A stretch of DNA of 64,000 nt from Octopus vulgaris (taxonomy: Eukaryota). The stretch spans positions 76,446,001-76,510,000 of the forward strand of contig OX597826.1 of NCBI GenBank assembly GCA_951406725.2. The letters are read 5' to 3'. The notes under the pieces were generated by a model, which worked only from the letters and a program-made list of their open reading frames with translations, did not search any database and had not been told where the DNA came from. Made by a program: the position numbers and the translations under genes. This document shows, one piece after another, positions 30,223 through 43,929 of the stretch (position 1 is the stretch's first letter; every line of letters starts with the position of its first letter).

Positions 30223-30619
30223 TTCATACATATATATATACATATATGTGTGTGTACGTGTACGTGTGTGTGTGTGTATGTGTGTGTGTAAATGTAACCG
30301 CTCGTGGATTTCTGGCGATTTTTCATTAATTTTCTTTCTTTCTCTTTGGACTTTCCTCTCTCCGATGATGAGCTATGCTCGAAGCATTAGCAACTCTCTC
30401 CTTACACCAAGTGTCAGATTAATAAATTGCTTGTTCACTTGTTCACGTTCATTTCTTTGCTTTTGTCTCTGTTTTTTTTTAACTGCATTTTCTTTGAATT
30501 GATTATGTATGTATATATATGTATACACACATACATTTATATATCTGTGTGTTTGTTCCGTAGAACGCATACATAAATAAACATACTGATGTATCTTTTT
30601 AATGTATATGCTCATGAAA

Positions 30620-31489
30620 TAGTATTGGAATGATATCTTGTATAAGATTCTAGAGGATGTTTTGCGGTTGGAATTGTAATCTCGTCTGTGTAGAGAGATT
30701 TTGATACCTATGATGAGGGATTAAAGAAAGCGTGTGAATTCAGTGTTTGAAAAGTGGGGATCAATAAGGTGTTACCTTGTTGGTATTTTGTTGAGCGCTT
30801 GTAATGTTATGACTTACACTAGTTTCTAGATTTTGTGAATTCGATAGACTGTATGCCTGGCCTAGCGCTGGTCTGCATTTTGGGCAGGTTTTGTCCGTGT
30901 GAACCTTCTCCAGCACCCTCTATACGACCTGGGAGGGCCCGCACCCTGCTTCAACCGTTAAATAGATTACTGGAACTTCGGCTGCCATGACTAGACTTGG
31001 GATGATTACTGGAGTGGTTTTCCGTTGCTTTTTCGAGGTCGGTGGGTTTTGAACTGTGGAGTGCTCAGCCGCTTGTACGTTAATTCCATGAGCAGTCCGT
31101 TCAATTGATCGGATCAACTGAAATCCACGTTGTCGTAATCGAGGGAATGCTAGATTTGATTTCGTTTCGGTTGAGTGTGATTTTGGTGCATTGTGTTACA
31201 GGGTCCCCTATTTCTTTTTAATGATGTATTTCTTGTGTGAGGCATAAACTTTTGAATTTTTATCAAATTATTTCGTTGAGTGCATGTTCACTGCTTTGTC
31301 CAATGCGAGTGACTGGTTTTGAATTCTGAGAAAGTTCCATTTAGTTTCAAAACGTAACTTATTCCATTGGTATATTTTCAAATTTGAAAACGTGTCTGCG
31401 TGTTCTCCTTTCAGGTGTGAGTGAGTTGTGAAGGCAACTGGAAAGTGATCCGACAAATATTGGGGGATTCTTTGCAACGGGGTTGCAGT

Positions 31490-31523
<34 letters not shown>

Positions 31524-31757
31524 AACGATTGCAATATTTGAGAAACGGAAGAATTGTTTCCCGATGGCATGGCGAGGTAAGTATATAGATTGGTGCCGCT
31601 TGATTGCAGTACACAGTTGATTTACTTGAGCTTCTTTTATTTTCTTTACCATTTCGAAACCAAGAACACAGAGCATATTGAAGAATTGTCCCAGAAGTGT
31701 ATTTTTGCAGCAGTTAAGTATCTAAGCTGGTGGAACCCTTGACGAGGCCACTACTGG

Positions 31758-31760
<3 letters not shown>
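30620..31760 (-). mobile_element. Highly decayed PLE ORF (N-terminus and RT remnants)
   Basis: Minus-strand VSKSLYTDEI (~30700, cf. PLE RT DV.SLYT) and CHRETILPFLKY (~31550); many stops. Confidence 0.4.
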
Positions 31761-31815
<55 letters not shown>

Positions 31816-32029
31816 CACACACAGACACAGACACACGCAGACACACACACACGTGTGGTGAGGTGTGGTGGTGGTAGCAGTTGTTGTGGTGGTGTGTCAG
31901 TATATGTGTGTGTGATACCGTAGATTTTGTAACGTAGCTTAGAAAAAGGAAACATTTGCCAGGTTTACAAATTCTATCTTTGTATGCATCTTCCTGTGTT
32001 TTTTTTTTTGGTTAGGTTCATTTGGCACA

Positions 32030-32300
32030 GATGCATCGCACTGATGCTGCAAATATCATCAGGTACTTTTTTGTTTTTATCCATACTGTTGTTTTTGACA
32101 TTATTATTATTATCGCTTTAATGTCGAATGATTTTCGGTGAGTTTTGTAAATGGTGTCATTTGATAATGTTCCCGTGCATTCCAAACACTTGGAAACTTC
32201 AGAGTCAGTTTATTGCACAGATGTGACTTCTCTCATCCTCAGACGGCGTTTACACTTGGAAGAACTGTTTCTATGTGAGGAAGTTTTCCATTGAAATTCA
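32030..32300 (+). mobile_element. Possible pogo/Tigger transposase fossil
   Basis: FDNVPVH...DVTSLI...DGV resembles DN.P.H...NTTSLIQP.DQG. Confidence 0.35.
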
Positions 32301-32922
32301 AATCATGACACCCCCATTTTCTTTTCTTGCCTATTATGTCAAAAAATACATTATCTGCCATGTGTATCGCTTTCTTATTTTTAAAGATAGTTAAGCATTT
32401 ATATTCTTATTGATCATGTGACCACGTAAAGTTTTCTATCGTGAAGTTCTTCATATGGACATTCCTTTCAATGACGAAAACCATCCTCATTCTCATCACA
32501 CATATCAACTTGATCACCATCGTAAATTCTGTTAAATAGCTTCGATCAGTTTACTCTGATCATCAACAGGGGCTATTTAAAAACACCAGGTTTAGCAGCC
32601 GGATGAAGTTCCAAATTCAATCTGAAACCGAGACTGAAGATTTATTAATTTCGAAAAGACACAGTGTTTTACCCTGTAGTAAAGCATTGTTAATTATGAC
32701 ACCTGATACTTATATGCATTACTAGTGAGGGAGTATATACGTAGTAAGTTGGTTTAGTAGAAATAGTAACCAAAGTTCTCTTAAATCGCACTGTAGCGTT
32801 TTAAGGAAAAAACTCGTTGGATTAAATCGACCGCGAATTATACCTAAAATGATGGCGTCACAACCATTGCAACGCTTTTATGCTTGATTCTGTCTGTCTT
32901 GATCTTAAACAGCAACAACAGT

Positions 32923-33280
32923 GGAGGCGCAATGGCCCAATGGTTAGGGCAGCGGTCTCGCGATCGGAGGATCGCTGTTTCGATTCCCAGACCGGGCGTT
33001 GTGTGTGTTTATAGAGCGAAAATACCTAAAGCTCCACGAGGCTCCGGCAGGGGGTGGTGGCGACCCCTGTTGTACTCTTTCGCTCCAACTTTTTCTCACT
33101 CTTTCTTCCTGTTTCTTGTCCCCGACTTCCTACGCAACTGCTGAGCCTGGATGCGCATTCATCCATCCGTCGATGCTCTCGGTGTCGGGGGTTGACCTGC
33201 TTTCTCTTCTGCGGGTCTTGCGAATAGCAAAGAACCACGTTTCGGACTTCCCCCACTATTGGGACGAAGACCGCTTCGCT
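32923..33280 (+). mobile_element. SINE family A head and body with an alternative 3' tail
   Basis: 32923-33113 matches 6253-6428; 33114-33280 is unrelated to the 6430-6550 tail. aacagcaacaaca-like sequence lies on both flanks. Confidence 0.85.
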
Positions 33281-33388
33281 CAACAGCAACAGCAACAACA
33301 ATAATAAGAAAATGAATTGTATGATCAAAGAAATGGCCAGCAATCAACTAATAATTACACCTTAATTTTACAATAAACAAGGATTCGA

Positions 33389-33784
33389 AGGCGGCGAGCT
33401 GGCAGAAACGTTAGCACACCGGGCGAAATGCTTATCGGTATTTTGTCTGCCGCTACGTTCTGAATTCAAATTCCGCCGAGGTCGACTTTGCCTTTCATCC
33501 TTTCGGGGTCGATAAATTAAGAACCAGTTACGCACTGGGGTCGATATAATCGATTTTATCCGTTTGTCTGTCCTTGTTTGTCTTCTCGGTGTTTAGCCCC
33601 TTGTGGGTAGTAAAGAAATAGGTATTTCGTCTGTCTTTACGTTCTGAGTTAAAATTCTGCCGAGGTCGACTTTGCCTTTCGTCCTTTCGGGGTCGATAGA
33701 TTATTACCGGTTACGTACTGGGGTCGATCTAATCGACTGGCCCCCTCCCCCAAAATTTCGGGCTTTGTGCCTAGAGTAGAAAAG
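33389..33784 (+). mobile_element. Composite (dimeric) SINE family C with 17-bp target-site duplication
   Basis: tRNA-like head. Core gaggtcgactttgcctttc..cctttcggggtcgata occurs twice with two different tails. TSD aataa(a/g)caaggattcga at 33372-33388 and 33785-33801. Confidence 0.9.
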
Positions 33785-34645
33785 AATAAGCAAGGATTCG
33801 ATGAATTTGATTTCTAAATATATCATTAGTATAGTGGTTTGGAGAAATATAGGTGGAGTTGCAGAAATATAGGTGGAGTGATTGGATTAAGATTAATGAG
33901 TAAATTCTATCTATTTCTAGCGAACTCGAAGTCATAATAACTATGAACGCAAATAACTTAATTAAATCCACGAAACATTGCATTGTATAAAGTCTGGCAT
34001 TGAAAGTCGGTGTTTGTAGAATTGGCAAATGTTTCCTAAGCTTGCGTCACTGATACATACACACACGCACACATGTACACATGTAAATTTTAAAACGAGA
34101 AGGTGTATTGAACAAGTTTATTTCATGTCACAACAGTTGTTTCAAAGCATCATTATGTTAATTGGTGAATGTTACACATATTACTCGCAATATTGTACTA
34201 ATATGATCTAACAATAGCGGTATACATGCGCATCCTCGGGCCACCATAGTGAAAGCACTGTTATATCAACTTCAGATTCTCCACATTTTAGACCCATAGC
34301 GAAACGCTATTTTTTTTTTGTATTCTTATGACAGATGACAAACAACTTGTTCAATCGAAGAAACGTTCGGAAGTTAAGGAGTGTGTCCCTCATCCGTATT
34401 AGTAGTTGGAACAATTGGTCATATGCACAGCGTCTATAAGGATATTGACTCACAGAGGTTGCTACAGGTTTGTTCCAGAAAAGAATAATATTTGGACGTA
34501 AATACATTTGTTGGAATGCTTCTAACATAAAGGCTGGGGCATTCTAACACCGCATTTATTAACCATCGGAATTTTTAGCATGATTTCCAAGATGTACCTA
34601 ATTCCTTTTTAAGAAAGGAAACTTTTGATGTATTAATTAAACAAA

Positions 34646-34666
34646 TGAATAATAATAATAATAATG

Positions 34667-34727
<61 letters not shown>

Positions 34728-34780
34728 TGATAATGATAATAATAATAATGATAATGGTAATGATAATAATAATAATAATA

Positions 34781-34815
<35 letters not shown>

Positions 34816-34830
34816 AATGATAATAATAGT
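34646..34830. repeat. (AAT)n/(GAT)n microsatellite
   Basis: Directly visible. Confidence 0.95.
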
Positions 34831-35448
34831 TTTAGGGATGGAATCTCGAACAATGAGGTAGAATCAAATCGTTACGCAAAGCTCCAGTAATAATTAGTCT
34901 AATTAGTTAGACATGTCTAATTAAGTGCATGCAACTAATTTACGAAAGTGTGAATTACATTGTTATATTATGTAATTAATGAGAGAAAGTAATGGAAAGT
35001 TGTGTTGTAAAACAGGCTCTGACTGCGCTAAATTTCTATTGTTTTGCATCAAGCTACAAAGAGATATACAGGTAGACGAGCGTGCACGCATAGAACAAGC
35101 TCTGGTCATTCTAACTTTCTATTGTTATGTACCTATATGCAGATAGATACACAGGTATACATGTATGCACACAAATATTTACACACACACACACAAAAGA
35201 TGCATACATGTATATAGATGCAAAGAGACATACTTACACAGACAAATGCATATGGTATTATATAATCTATATCATTATATGAACATAATGTATATTATAT
35301 CATTATGTATAAATCATACGTAATCTTTGACATTCCCTACGCACAAACACAAACACACTCATGTATATGCATGCTTGTTTGTATATTGGTTTATTTTCTG
35401 TCTGTCTGTCTATCCGTTTGTCTGTCTATCTGTCTGTCTGTTTGTCTG

Positions 35449-35510
<62 letters not shown>

Positions 35511-35521
35511 AATCTACCTAC

Positions 35522-35581
<60 letters not shown>

Positions 35582-35678
35582 ATATATATATATATATATA
35601 TATCTGTCTATCTATCTATCTATCTATAGTTGTTTTTTATTAAACATAACTTTCTGATTCCACTTTGTGTATATATAA

Positions 35679-35727
<49 letters not shown>

Positions 35728-35729
<2 letters not shown>

Positions 35730-36596
35730 AGGTGGTATCAAAAACTTCTTGGACTAGTTATGTTAAATAGAAAAATAAATTATTTACCTAAGTTTAACAT
35801 CATCTGCTTCGAAATAGTCACTATTGTGCAGCAATATATCTGTTCCAGCGTTCCTGCCACTTTTAGAATCCGGTCTGGAAGTCGTTTTCCGTTAGCGAGT
35901 CGAGGACCTACTGCGATTCGCTCTGGATTTGGATAACAGTGTTAAAACAGTGACATCTGAGCTGCATTTTTATCTTTGGGGAAGAGATGGAAGTCCGCAG
36001 GTTCTAAATCTGGCGAATAGGGCGGGTGCGGAATCGATACCATGCTGTTTTTCGCGAGAAACTCAGGAGTGAGGCGAGCTCGGTGGTAGGGTACATCGTC
36101 GCCGTGAAGAATCCATTTCTTCGCGCTCCCAAGATCCGGTCTCTTTCGCTGAATGTCCTCCTCCAAACGCGTCAAAACGTCCTTGATTCTCCTCCGAGGA
36201 GCCTCATGTATAGGCTGATGAATTTCCTCCACATATCCGGGGGTGACGCTCCTGGCAGGTCTTCCAGATCGGTCATCTTCATCCAGAAACATTGCGTGCA
36301 ACCCATTGCCTCGTCGCCGTAAGCTTGTCGAAGCACGCTCAATGTCTCTGTAGCAGACATATCAAGTTTAATGCAGAATTTCGCCGTTGGCTCTTTGTTC
36401 CAGTTTCCTGTCCATGACAAAAAATCGCAGACTACAGCTTACCTGTAATTACTAAAACACAAATTTCACAACTTGAGAAGTCACTCGGCAACTGCCTTAT
36501 GAAGATCACTGCTAACTCTCACTGCGCACGCAATCTTGTGCGGCCATCTGTCGGCGCGCTACAAAACTATTCCTGGAACTTTCTGGTACCATCTCG
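35728..36596 (-). mobile_element. Internally deleted mariner transposon (~870 bp)
   Basis: Imperfect ~30-bp TIRs (caaggtggtatcaaaaacttcttggactagtt / rc cgagatggtaccagaaagttccaggaatagtt), TA at the right end. Motifs KFCIKL..SATET, WILHGDD and HPPYSPDLEPADFHLFPK. Confidence 0.92.
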
Positions 36597-38225
36597 TATA
36601 CACACGCACACACACACACACACACGCGCACACACATACACACACAAACACACATTCCCCTACACATATATAAATATATGATGTATGTGTAATGTGTGTG
36701 TGTGTATGTGTACTATTTAAACCTGAAACTGCGTAAATCTCTCCTGCTTCTTGTTATCAATCCTTACACGACTGATTTTATTGTTCTTGAAGCTTTCTCA
36801 TTGGCACTAATCGGAAACTACGGAAAAGCACCGAGGTGCGAATATCTAGCTATATAGGGAACAGTATCCGTCTGCCTGTATATTAATTAGGGGCACAGTA
36901 AGTAGGGTGGAATGACGTTTATTTATGTACAACCTCTTTGCACATGTGTGCGTGCATTCGGACATGGAAAGACAATACGCTGTACAAACTGTCTCGAGAG
37001 GAGAAATATTCTTTATAGACAATATAAACACATCAATAGGTCATGAATGATGACACCAAAGCGTAGGACACATGCATTTCTGCTTTGTTATACTTCATCA
37101 GATACGGATACCATGCTGCCGTTCATGGAAACTAAGAGCTGGTTGCTCTTGTAGTAGAATTGCAAATGGTAAATCTGCTGAGGTGCGAAAGCACTTGTCA
37201 AACTAGAATTAATTAATTAGAAGTCCAGTAAGCAGCGCTGAGGGAAATACAAATGTGTACGATCATATTTAACATGTCCGTGTACATTCGGAGATGGAGA
37301 GACGACAACAAGAGAATAATAAAAGTGATTAATAACAAGAGAAAAATAAGAATGATTAATTAAATTATTTTAACGTTTACATTGTTTCAATGCAAAAACT
37401 TCTTGGGTACAACTGAAGCAAATGTAAAGATGAAATATTGAAATTAATTGCTCTCATATTCATCTCTCTCTCTCTCCCTCTCTGTCTCTCTGTATATGTG
37501 TATATCGTTTTCGTTAAATACCACTCTCTATTCACGAACCTTTCCTTCTATGCTTCTCTCATCTTATCTTTCTATCGTTGTTTCTTCCTAACACTCCTTC
37601 ATTCTTCGTATCTCTATCTCTAACTTTCTGTCTAAATCTTTTTTCGATTCATCCATTCTTCAACTGTTTTATCTTCAACAGCATTTCCTCGCTCAATCGC
37701 CGTCGTTCTTGCTGCTCACTAGTAGCACCCCTTCCTTCTCACCTTTCCAAAGAAAGCACCACGTGATCTTCCTATTTTTTGAAGCAAACCATTTCTTTTG
37801 CGAAGTAATGTTTACCACCACTTAAACATGGCTGATCTGTAGGAATTACTGCTATCTCTAGCTGACGAGTATCAACTACCGAGGATGACCACAAAAAGGT
37901 CGAAACCGTACGCTCTTGTGGTCGCGCGGCTGGAAGACGGTAGGGTTTCACTCCCCTGCTTGCAACATATTTCGGGTGCAGAACAACCAGTTGGAGGAGG
38001 GGGTCTTCCTGCGGTTAAAGACAGCAGTACCGTCGGTTCCTATACAAAAGCCATTTTAAAGAGGCCGTAAAGATTACCTTTCAGATTGGTTATTCTGCTT
38101 TCGTCTCTTACAGAGATTTGCTAACAAGTTGTTTTACTCATTCCTTTTGTATCGACAGTTCACGCGCTCATTTGCCTTTCTTCCCAGTTTCTGATTTGTC
38201 TGAGACTTTAAATTTAGCTGTACAT

Positions 38226-38811
38226 AGGCGCAGGAGTGGCTGTGTGGTAAGTAGCTTGCTAGCCAGCCACATGGTTGCAGGTTCAGTCCCACTGCGTGGC
38301 ATCTTGGGCAAGTGTCTTCTGCTATAGCTCCGGGCCGACCAATGCCTTGTGAGTGGATTTGGTAGATGGAAACTGAAAGAAGCCTGTCGTATATATATTA
38401 CTCTCTTTACTCGTTTCAGTCATTTGACTGCGGCCATGCTGGAGCACCGCCTTTAGTCGAGCAAATCGACCCCGGGACTTATTCTTTGTAAGCCCAGTAC
38501 TTATTCTATCGGTCTCTTTTTGCCGAACCGCTAAGTGACGGGGACGTAAACACACCAGCATCGGTTGTCAAGGAATGCTAGGGGGACAAACACAGACACA
38601 CAAACACACACACACACACATATACATATATATATATATAGACATATATACGACAGGCTTCTTTCAGTTTCCGTCTACCAAATCCACTCACAAGGCATTG
38701 GTCGGCCCGGGGCTATAGCAGAAGACACTTGCCCAAGATGCCACGCAGTGGGACTGAACCTGGAACCATGTGGTTGGTTAGCAAGCTACTTACCACACAG
38801 CCGCTCCTGCG

Positions 38812-38885
<74 letters not shown>

Positions 38886-39088
38886 ATTGTGTGTCTGTGT
38901 TTGTCCCCTAGCATTACTTGACAACCGATGCTGGTGTGTTTACGTCCCCGTCACTTAGCGGTTCGGCAAAAGAGACCGATAGAATAAGTACTGGGCTTAC
39001 AAAGAATAAGTCCCGGGGTCGATTTGCTCGACTAAAGGCGGTGCTCCAGCATGGCCGCAGTCAAATGACTGAAACAAGTAAAAGAGTA
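38226..39088 (+). mobile_element. SINE family B host copy (halves 38226-38398 and ~38815-39088)
   Basis: Head and tail are collinear and interrupted in the internal (TA)n by an opposite-strand copy. Confidence 0.9.
38399..38814 (-). mobile_element. SINE family B, full length, nested in inverted orientation
   Basis: Reverse complement of the flanking halves. Confidence 0.92.
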
Positions 39089-41692
39089 TCCGAATTTGTT
39101 CTGAGTGTAAAATAATTTTGTTGTCTATATATATATATATTTTTTTTTAAGTCTGAAAGCACCACCACTTTTCCTATCAGTGTTATTTCGCCCAAAAGAT
39201 TTTACCGTTGTCGCTTAGCCGAAAGTCATTCTATATAGAATATCTCTCTGTACTGTTTCTCTTTTCTTTTCTTATTGTCCTTGTTTATTTGTTTCTTTCG
39301 TTTTATGTATTTCCTCATCATTCGCACTTTTTACCATTCGGTCTACAGACATCAATGCTTCTTTTTCTTGTTATTGTGCTTGTCTTTATGTTTTCTCTTC
39401 GTGTTCGTTCATTACGTTACTCATTTATAACCTCAGTCGTTTGTGCTGGCGACGCCACCAAATTTAACAACATTGTCGGAAGGTCTCCAAATTGTAATGA
39501 TATATGATCAGACATCTGCGTCCATTCGGTGACATTTTTCCCCCTTTTTTCGCCGTACGCTCCCTTTGCATCCTCTTTGCGAAATTCTTTTATACATACA
39601 TGCATACATACACGCGTACATACATACATACATGCATACATACACGCGTACATACATACATACATACATACATACATACATACATACACGCGTACATACA
39701 AGCGTACATACATACATATATATATATACACACTGCAAACACACAAGCTCATCGTGCGCGCGCACACACACACACACACACACTCATATACACACAAGCA
39801 AGCACATATACATCATGCGTAATATAGTATAGAGGTTTTCTAGAGTAGCGAGCTATACATATATACAATGGATGATGGTCTGATACTGGTGCCAAAGAAT
39901 GCGATGTTTTATTATTTAGATATTCATCGGAGAGATATTCACTGCGTTCGTCCCTCATTCCGAGACAAAATGAAGACTTGAACTTATCTCAGACACTCAG
40001 TGGAAATAGTATTGCACTCGGGGAACCAAAAAAAAATTGGAAAAACAAAGCTGATATTTATTCGTTAGTGGACACTTGTCGTGCAATGCATTAGTGGAAC
40101 AGACTAAAGGCTATGGAAACACAAATGGTCTCCGTTAATCATCCAAAGAGACCGACTTCGCTCGCTGTAAATTGATAAAAGCAGGATGAATGATTTTTAC
40201 AAAGTGAACTTCTGCTGAAGATATTAATGGCACGAGTGTGATAGAGATATCTCTAACAGGTAATGAAACATATTTTACACGAGTCATATCACGAATGATA
40301 TAATGCATGATATCAACAAAAAGGGAAACTTTCACGTCCAGTCGGTCCCCATTTGACTCATATAAGTATGCTCACACGATTCCGTCCGCTTTCAAAATTC
40401 CCTTCTCTGAAAGTTGTCCATTAATCCCTTATATTTATCGTTTAGAGAAAAACAATGGTGGAAAAGAAAGGAGCTGCGGTGAAAGTTATTGAACATTAAT
40501 TTACTTTTTTCTAGATATATTTTCTGGGAGATCTATCGATGACTGATAGGAAAGATTAGCTGCAGAGTAAGCAGATTTTATTTGGTATTCTTGTAGATCG
40601 AACCATCGATCTGCAAAAGATGGTATGATTCACTGCTGTTGTTGATTGAACAGTTGTATGCCCCAAAACATCATTTTATTTGCACATCGAGGATCTGGTA
40701 CTCCATTATTTAGTATACTACTCCACTTTTGTAGATGTCAGAGTTTAATTTGAGGGATATGTGGTTACTATATCTAGAAAAGTTAGTCGAACACGTATTC
40801 AGTGGCAGCGTTATTCACATTGATGAGTGATTCTTTGGTTTGAATGTTTCAAAGAGTTTCAGGGAATATGGATTTGCCTTAGATTGGGGTTTTATCCCGG
40901 TGGGTTAAACATAACTCTCCCGAGTTAGAGACGGTTGTCAATCTTCCCTCATATAACATCTAGCACGTCATAATAAAAGGAAAGACACATTATTTAAAGA
41001 AAGATGTACAAAAAGATGGCTGCTCATGGTTGGAATGTATTTTTCATACGTTTATCGAAACAAGGATAACCTGATCCTAAACAATAAATGATAAAACCAT
41101 TAGATAACTCCACAGCTTATAATTTTCACAGCTCTAATATTTATGATTTGTTTTTATCTTTAGATACCTGAAACATTGACAAAAACATAAATGGATGATC
41201 AGGCGATCAAGTACATTATATGACATATAATGTATGCAGACATATAATGTGTGCAGACATGTAATGTATGCAGACATGTAATGGACTTAATTTTATTAAT
41301 ACACCACAATGGCGAGCTTGTAATTGCATCTGCACGTATTGTTTTTGGTATTTCGAATAAGACAAATCCAATTAATGATTGGATGGAGACCTCCTAGGCT
41401 GATGAATGTAGGTATAAATTTAGTCCTGACCATCAAGCATTTCGAGAACGGCATTCTTCTATGACGGCTGAGTCGACGAACAGCGCCACCTCTGGCTGAT
41501 TCGGTAGCCATCTTGTCGAGCCTTCAGTAAAACTGAAATGGAAGGAACTAGAAGGAATGGCGACAAATATATGTGTCGATTAGTGGAAAGCAGCAAATTG
41601 CTTAGTATGAGTGTATACATGTGTATACACTCAGTATGTCAATATGCTATATACAAACACATGCACGCCTCGTATATATACAATATACAAAG

Positions 41693-41744
<52 letters not shown>

Positions 41745-41766
41745 TATAAGCGTGCGTGTTTATAGG

Positions 41767-41801
<35 letters not shown>

Positions 41802-42032
41802 TCTCTCTCCCTTTTTCTTTCTCTCTCTCTGACAGAGAGAGAGAGAGAGAGAGAAAGAAAAAGGGAGAGAGAGGAAGTGAAAGGGCGTCTATGCATGAGG
41901 CTGTATGTGTTCACGTTAATGGCTCTGTATTTATATTACCTAGAATATTTTGATTATGGACCGAATATTTAAACCTTTTAATGCATTTTATCAGCTTTCG
42001 TATTGACTTTATGTTATATCTCTCTCTTTCTC

Positions 42033-42214
<182 letters not shown>

Positions 42215-42401
42215 ATATATAATATATATATACATATATATATATAGGAATATATATATACATATATATATGTGTATATACACACATATATGAAAATATA
42301 CATATATACATATATGTATATATACAGGTATATAGATATGTTTGTAGTTCTGTGTGCATATATTCATGCATGCGTGCGTACATATATATATATATATGTG
42401 T

Positions 42402-42440
<39 letters not shown>

Positions 42441-42919
42441 TGTATACATGCATTCATATAAATGCAATTGCGTATTATGAGTGGTCCACATGCAACCGTA
42501 TAATATTCCTTACTCCTCAATGTTGTTTATCATCGCGTATTACTGCCACAAGTATTCTCTTTCTGTACCTGAATATAAACACTTATATACACACACACAC
42601 ACATACACACAGACACACACACCATGAGCCCTAGATATTCGGTTGCTGTACACGTGGTCATAACGTTGTGGAATCTATTTCTGTCCAAACACTGTATTAA
42701 GTCCTTCACCAAAGCACCTAAATTTTTGTTGCTGTCCCCTTCAGGATGTTCCACAGGTAGAATTGAGAGTTTGACCGAGAGAATGTCTGTCAGGTCGCGA
42801 ATAAATAAACTTATAAAAGAATTAGCAAACGCATTGTAGATGCTGCGATGTCATCCTCGAAGATTCGGCTGTGGTTTACAAACACACTCACTCACATTTC
42901 TGGTAGCCGTTCCTTAATT

Positions 42920-43410
42920 TGAAAGAAAAGGGCTGATCATTTTCAGAAATCAAAATTAACTGTAGAGAAATTTATTTTTCATTTATGTGAAAAAAACTTT
43001 TGATCTTTATTGACAAAATAAGCAAAAACTACGGCTTTCGTTTATTAATCTTCATCAGCTGCGCTTAAATTTTTCGAGCATCTTCCAAAGATCTCAATGT
43101 AGTAAAAATCAAAATATCTAACGGTAGATAATCCACTGCAATCCCGACAGTGATTTGTCGTAGACCTTGCTGTTGGTAGAGAGTGGCTGAATCCGAACAC
43201 GTATAAGCGCCCTCGATGTTCCACTGACAATGTATTTCGTCGCATCTTTGGTGCAAGAGATAAATCAAAATTAAAGTAGAGGATTTGTGAAATAATATTT
43301 ACTTTACAGGTTTTCAAATAAAACCTAATTTTCTTCAAGTTGTATTACAATAACAAGTTCGGATCAATAACCGAGACGAACCCACCAGTTAACTCTCATT
43401 GGTGCGATGT
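42920..43410 (-). mobile_element. Decayed mariner transposase fossil
   Basis: Minus-strand WW...G...ELV, DYLPLDILIFTTLRSL and YFVNKDQKFF follow the mariner C-terminal motif order. Confidence 0.45.
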
Positions 43411-43929
43411 CAATCAAATGATGAAAAAATTGATATATTCCACATTTGAAAATTAGATAAAGTAAAGAAAAAATTTAAGGGAACCTGAATTTGAATTTCA
43501 CTGAGAAAGCGTAATATTATTCGTGTAAATATTTTTATTCGTAAATACATTATTTGTGCAACTATATGCATGAAGATTAGTATCAGATGCCTGTGTGCTT
43601 CGGGCGTTTATATCAGTTTTATGGGTGTTTGATGGGTTGTGTGTGCGTATGAGCGGGCCCACAGTTTCTTATATATTACAACATAAAGTAAATGGACCCA
43701 GAAACCCTCTTCTTAGTTCTTATTCATATGTTACAGTAAAAGACATAAATTCTGTTGTCTTTTCTCTAGCATAATTTAAAAAATAAAGGTAGCGACGTCG
43801 TTAGGTCAATAATATGAATTAAAAAAGAAAGAAAACTGTTTTACTGTTACAATTGTTATTGTTGTTGATATTGTTGCTGTTGTTGTTGTTGTTGTTGTTG
43901 TTGTTATTATCATTATTGTTGTAGTTGTT

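Noticed and set aside
37862-37912. Hammerhead-like ccgagga-t-gacc...ggtc-gaaac (similar partial motifs at 31737-31760, 53012 and 24975-25040)
   Set aside because: Core, helix III or stem I is incomplete; at most decayed pseudo-LTR remnants.
40135-40335. Possible second GPCR TM3-like fragment (LISSAEVHFVKIIHP)
   Set aside because: A single weak motif with no supporting neighbouring helices.
41480-41497. CTCF-like motif AGGTGGCGC (minus strand); similar at 45898-45911
   Set aside because: Only a partial match to the consensus and expected by chance in 64 kb.
42630-42860. Open minus-strand frame (NAFANSF...EHPEGDSNKNLGAL) as a host exon
   Set aside because: No recognisable domain and no clear splice-site pair.
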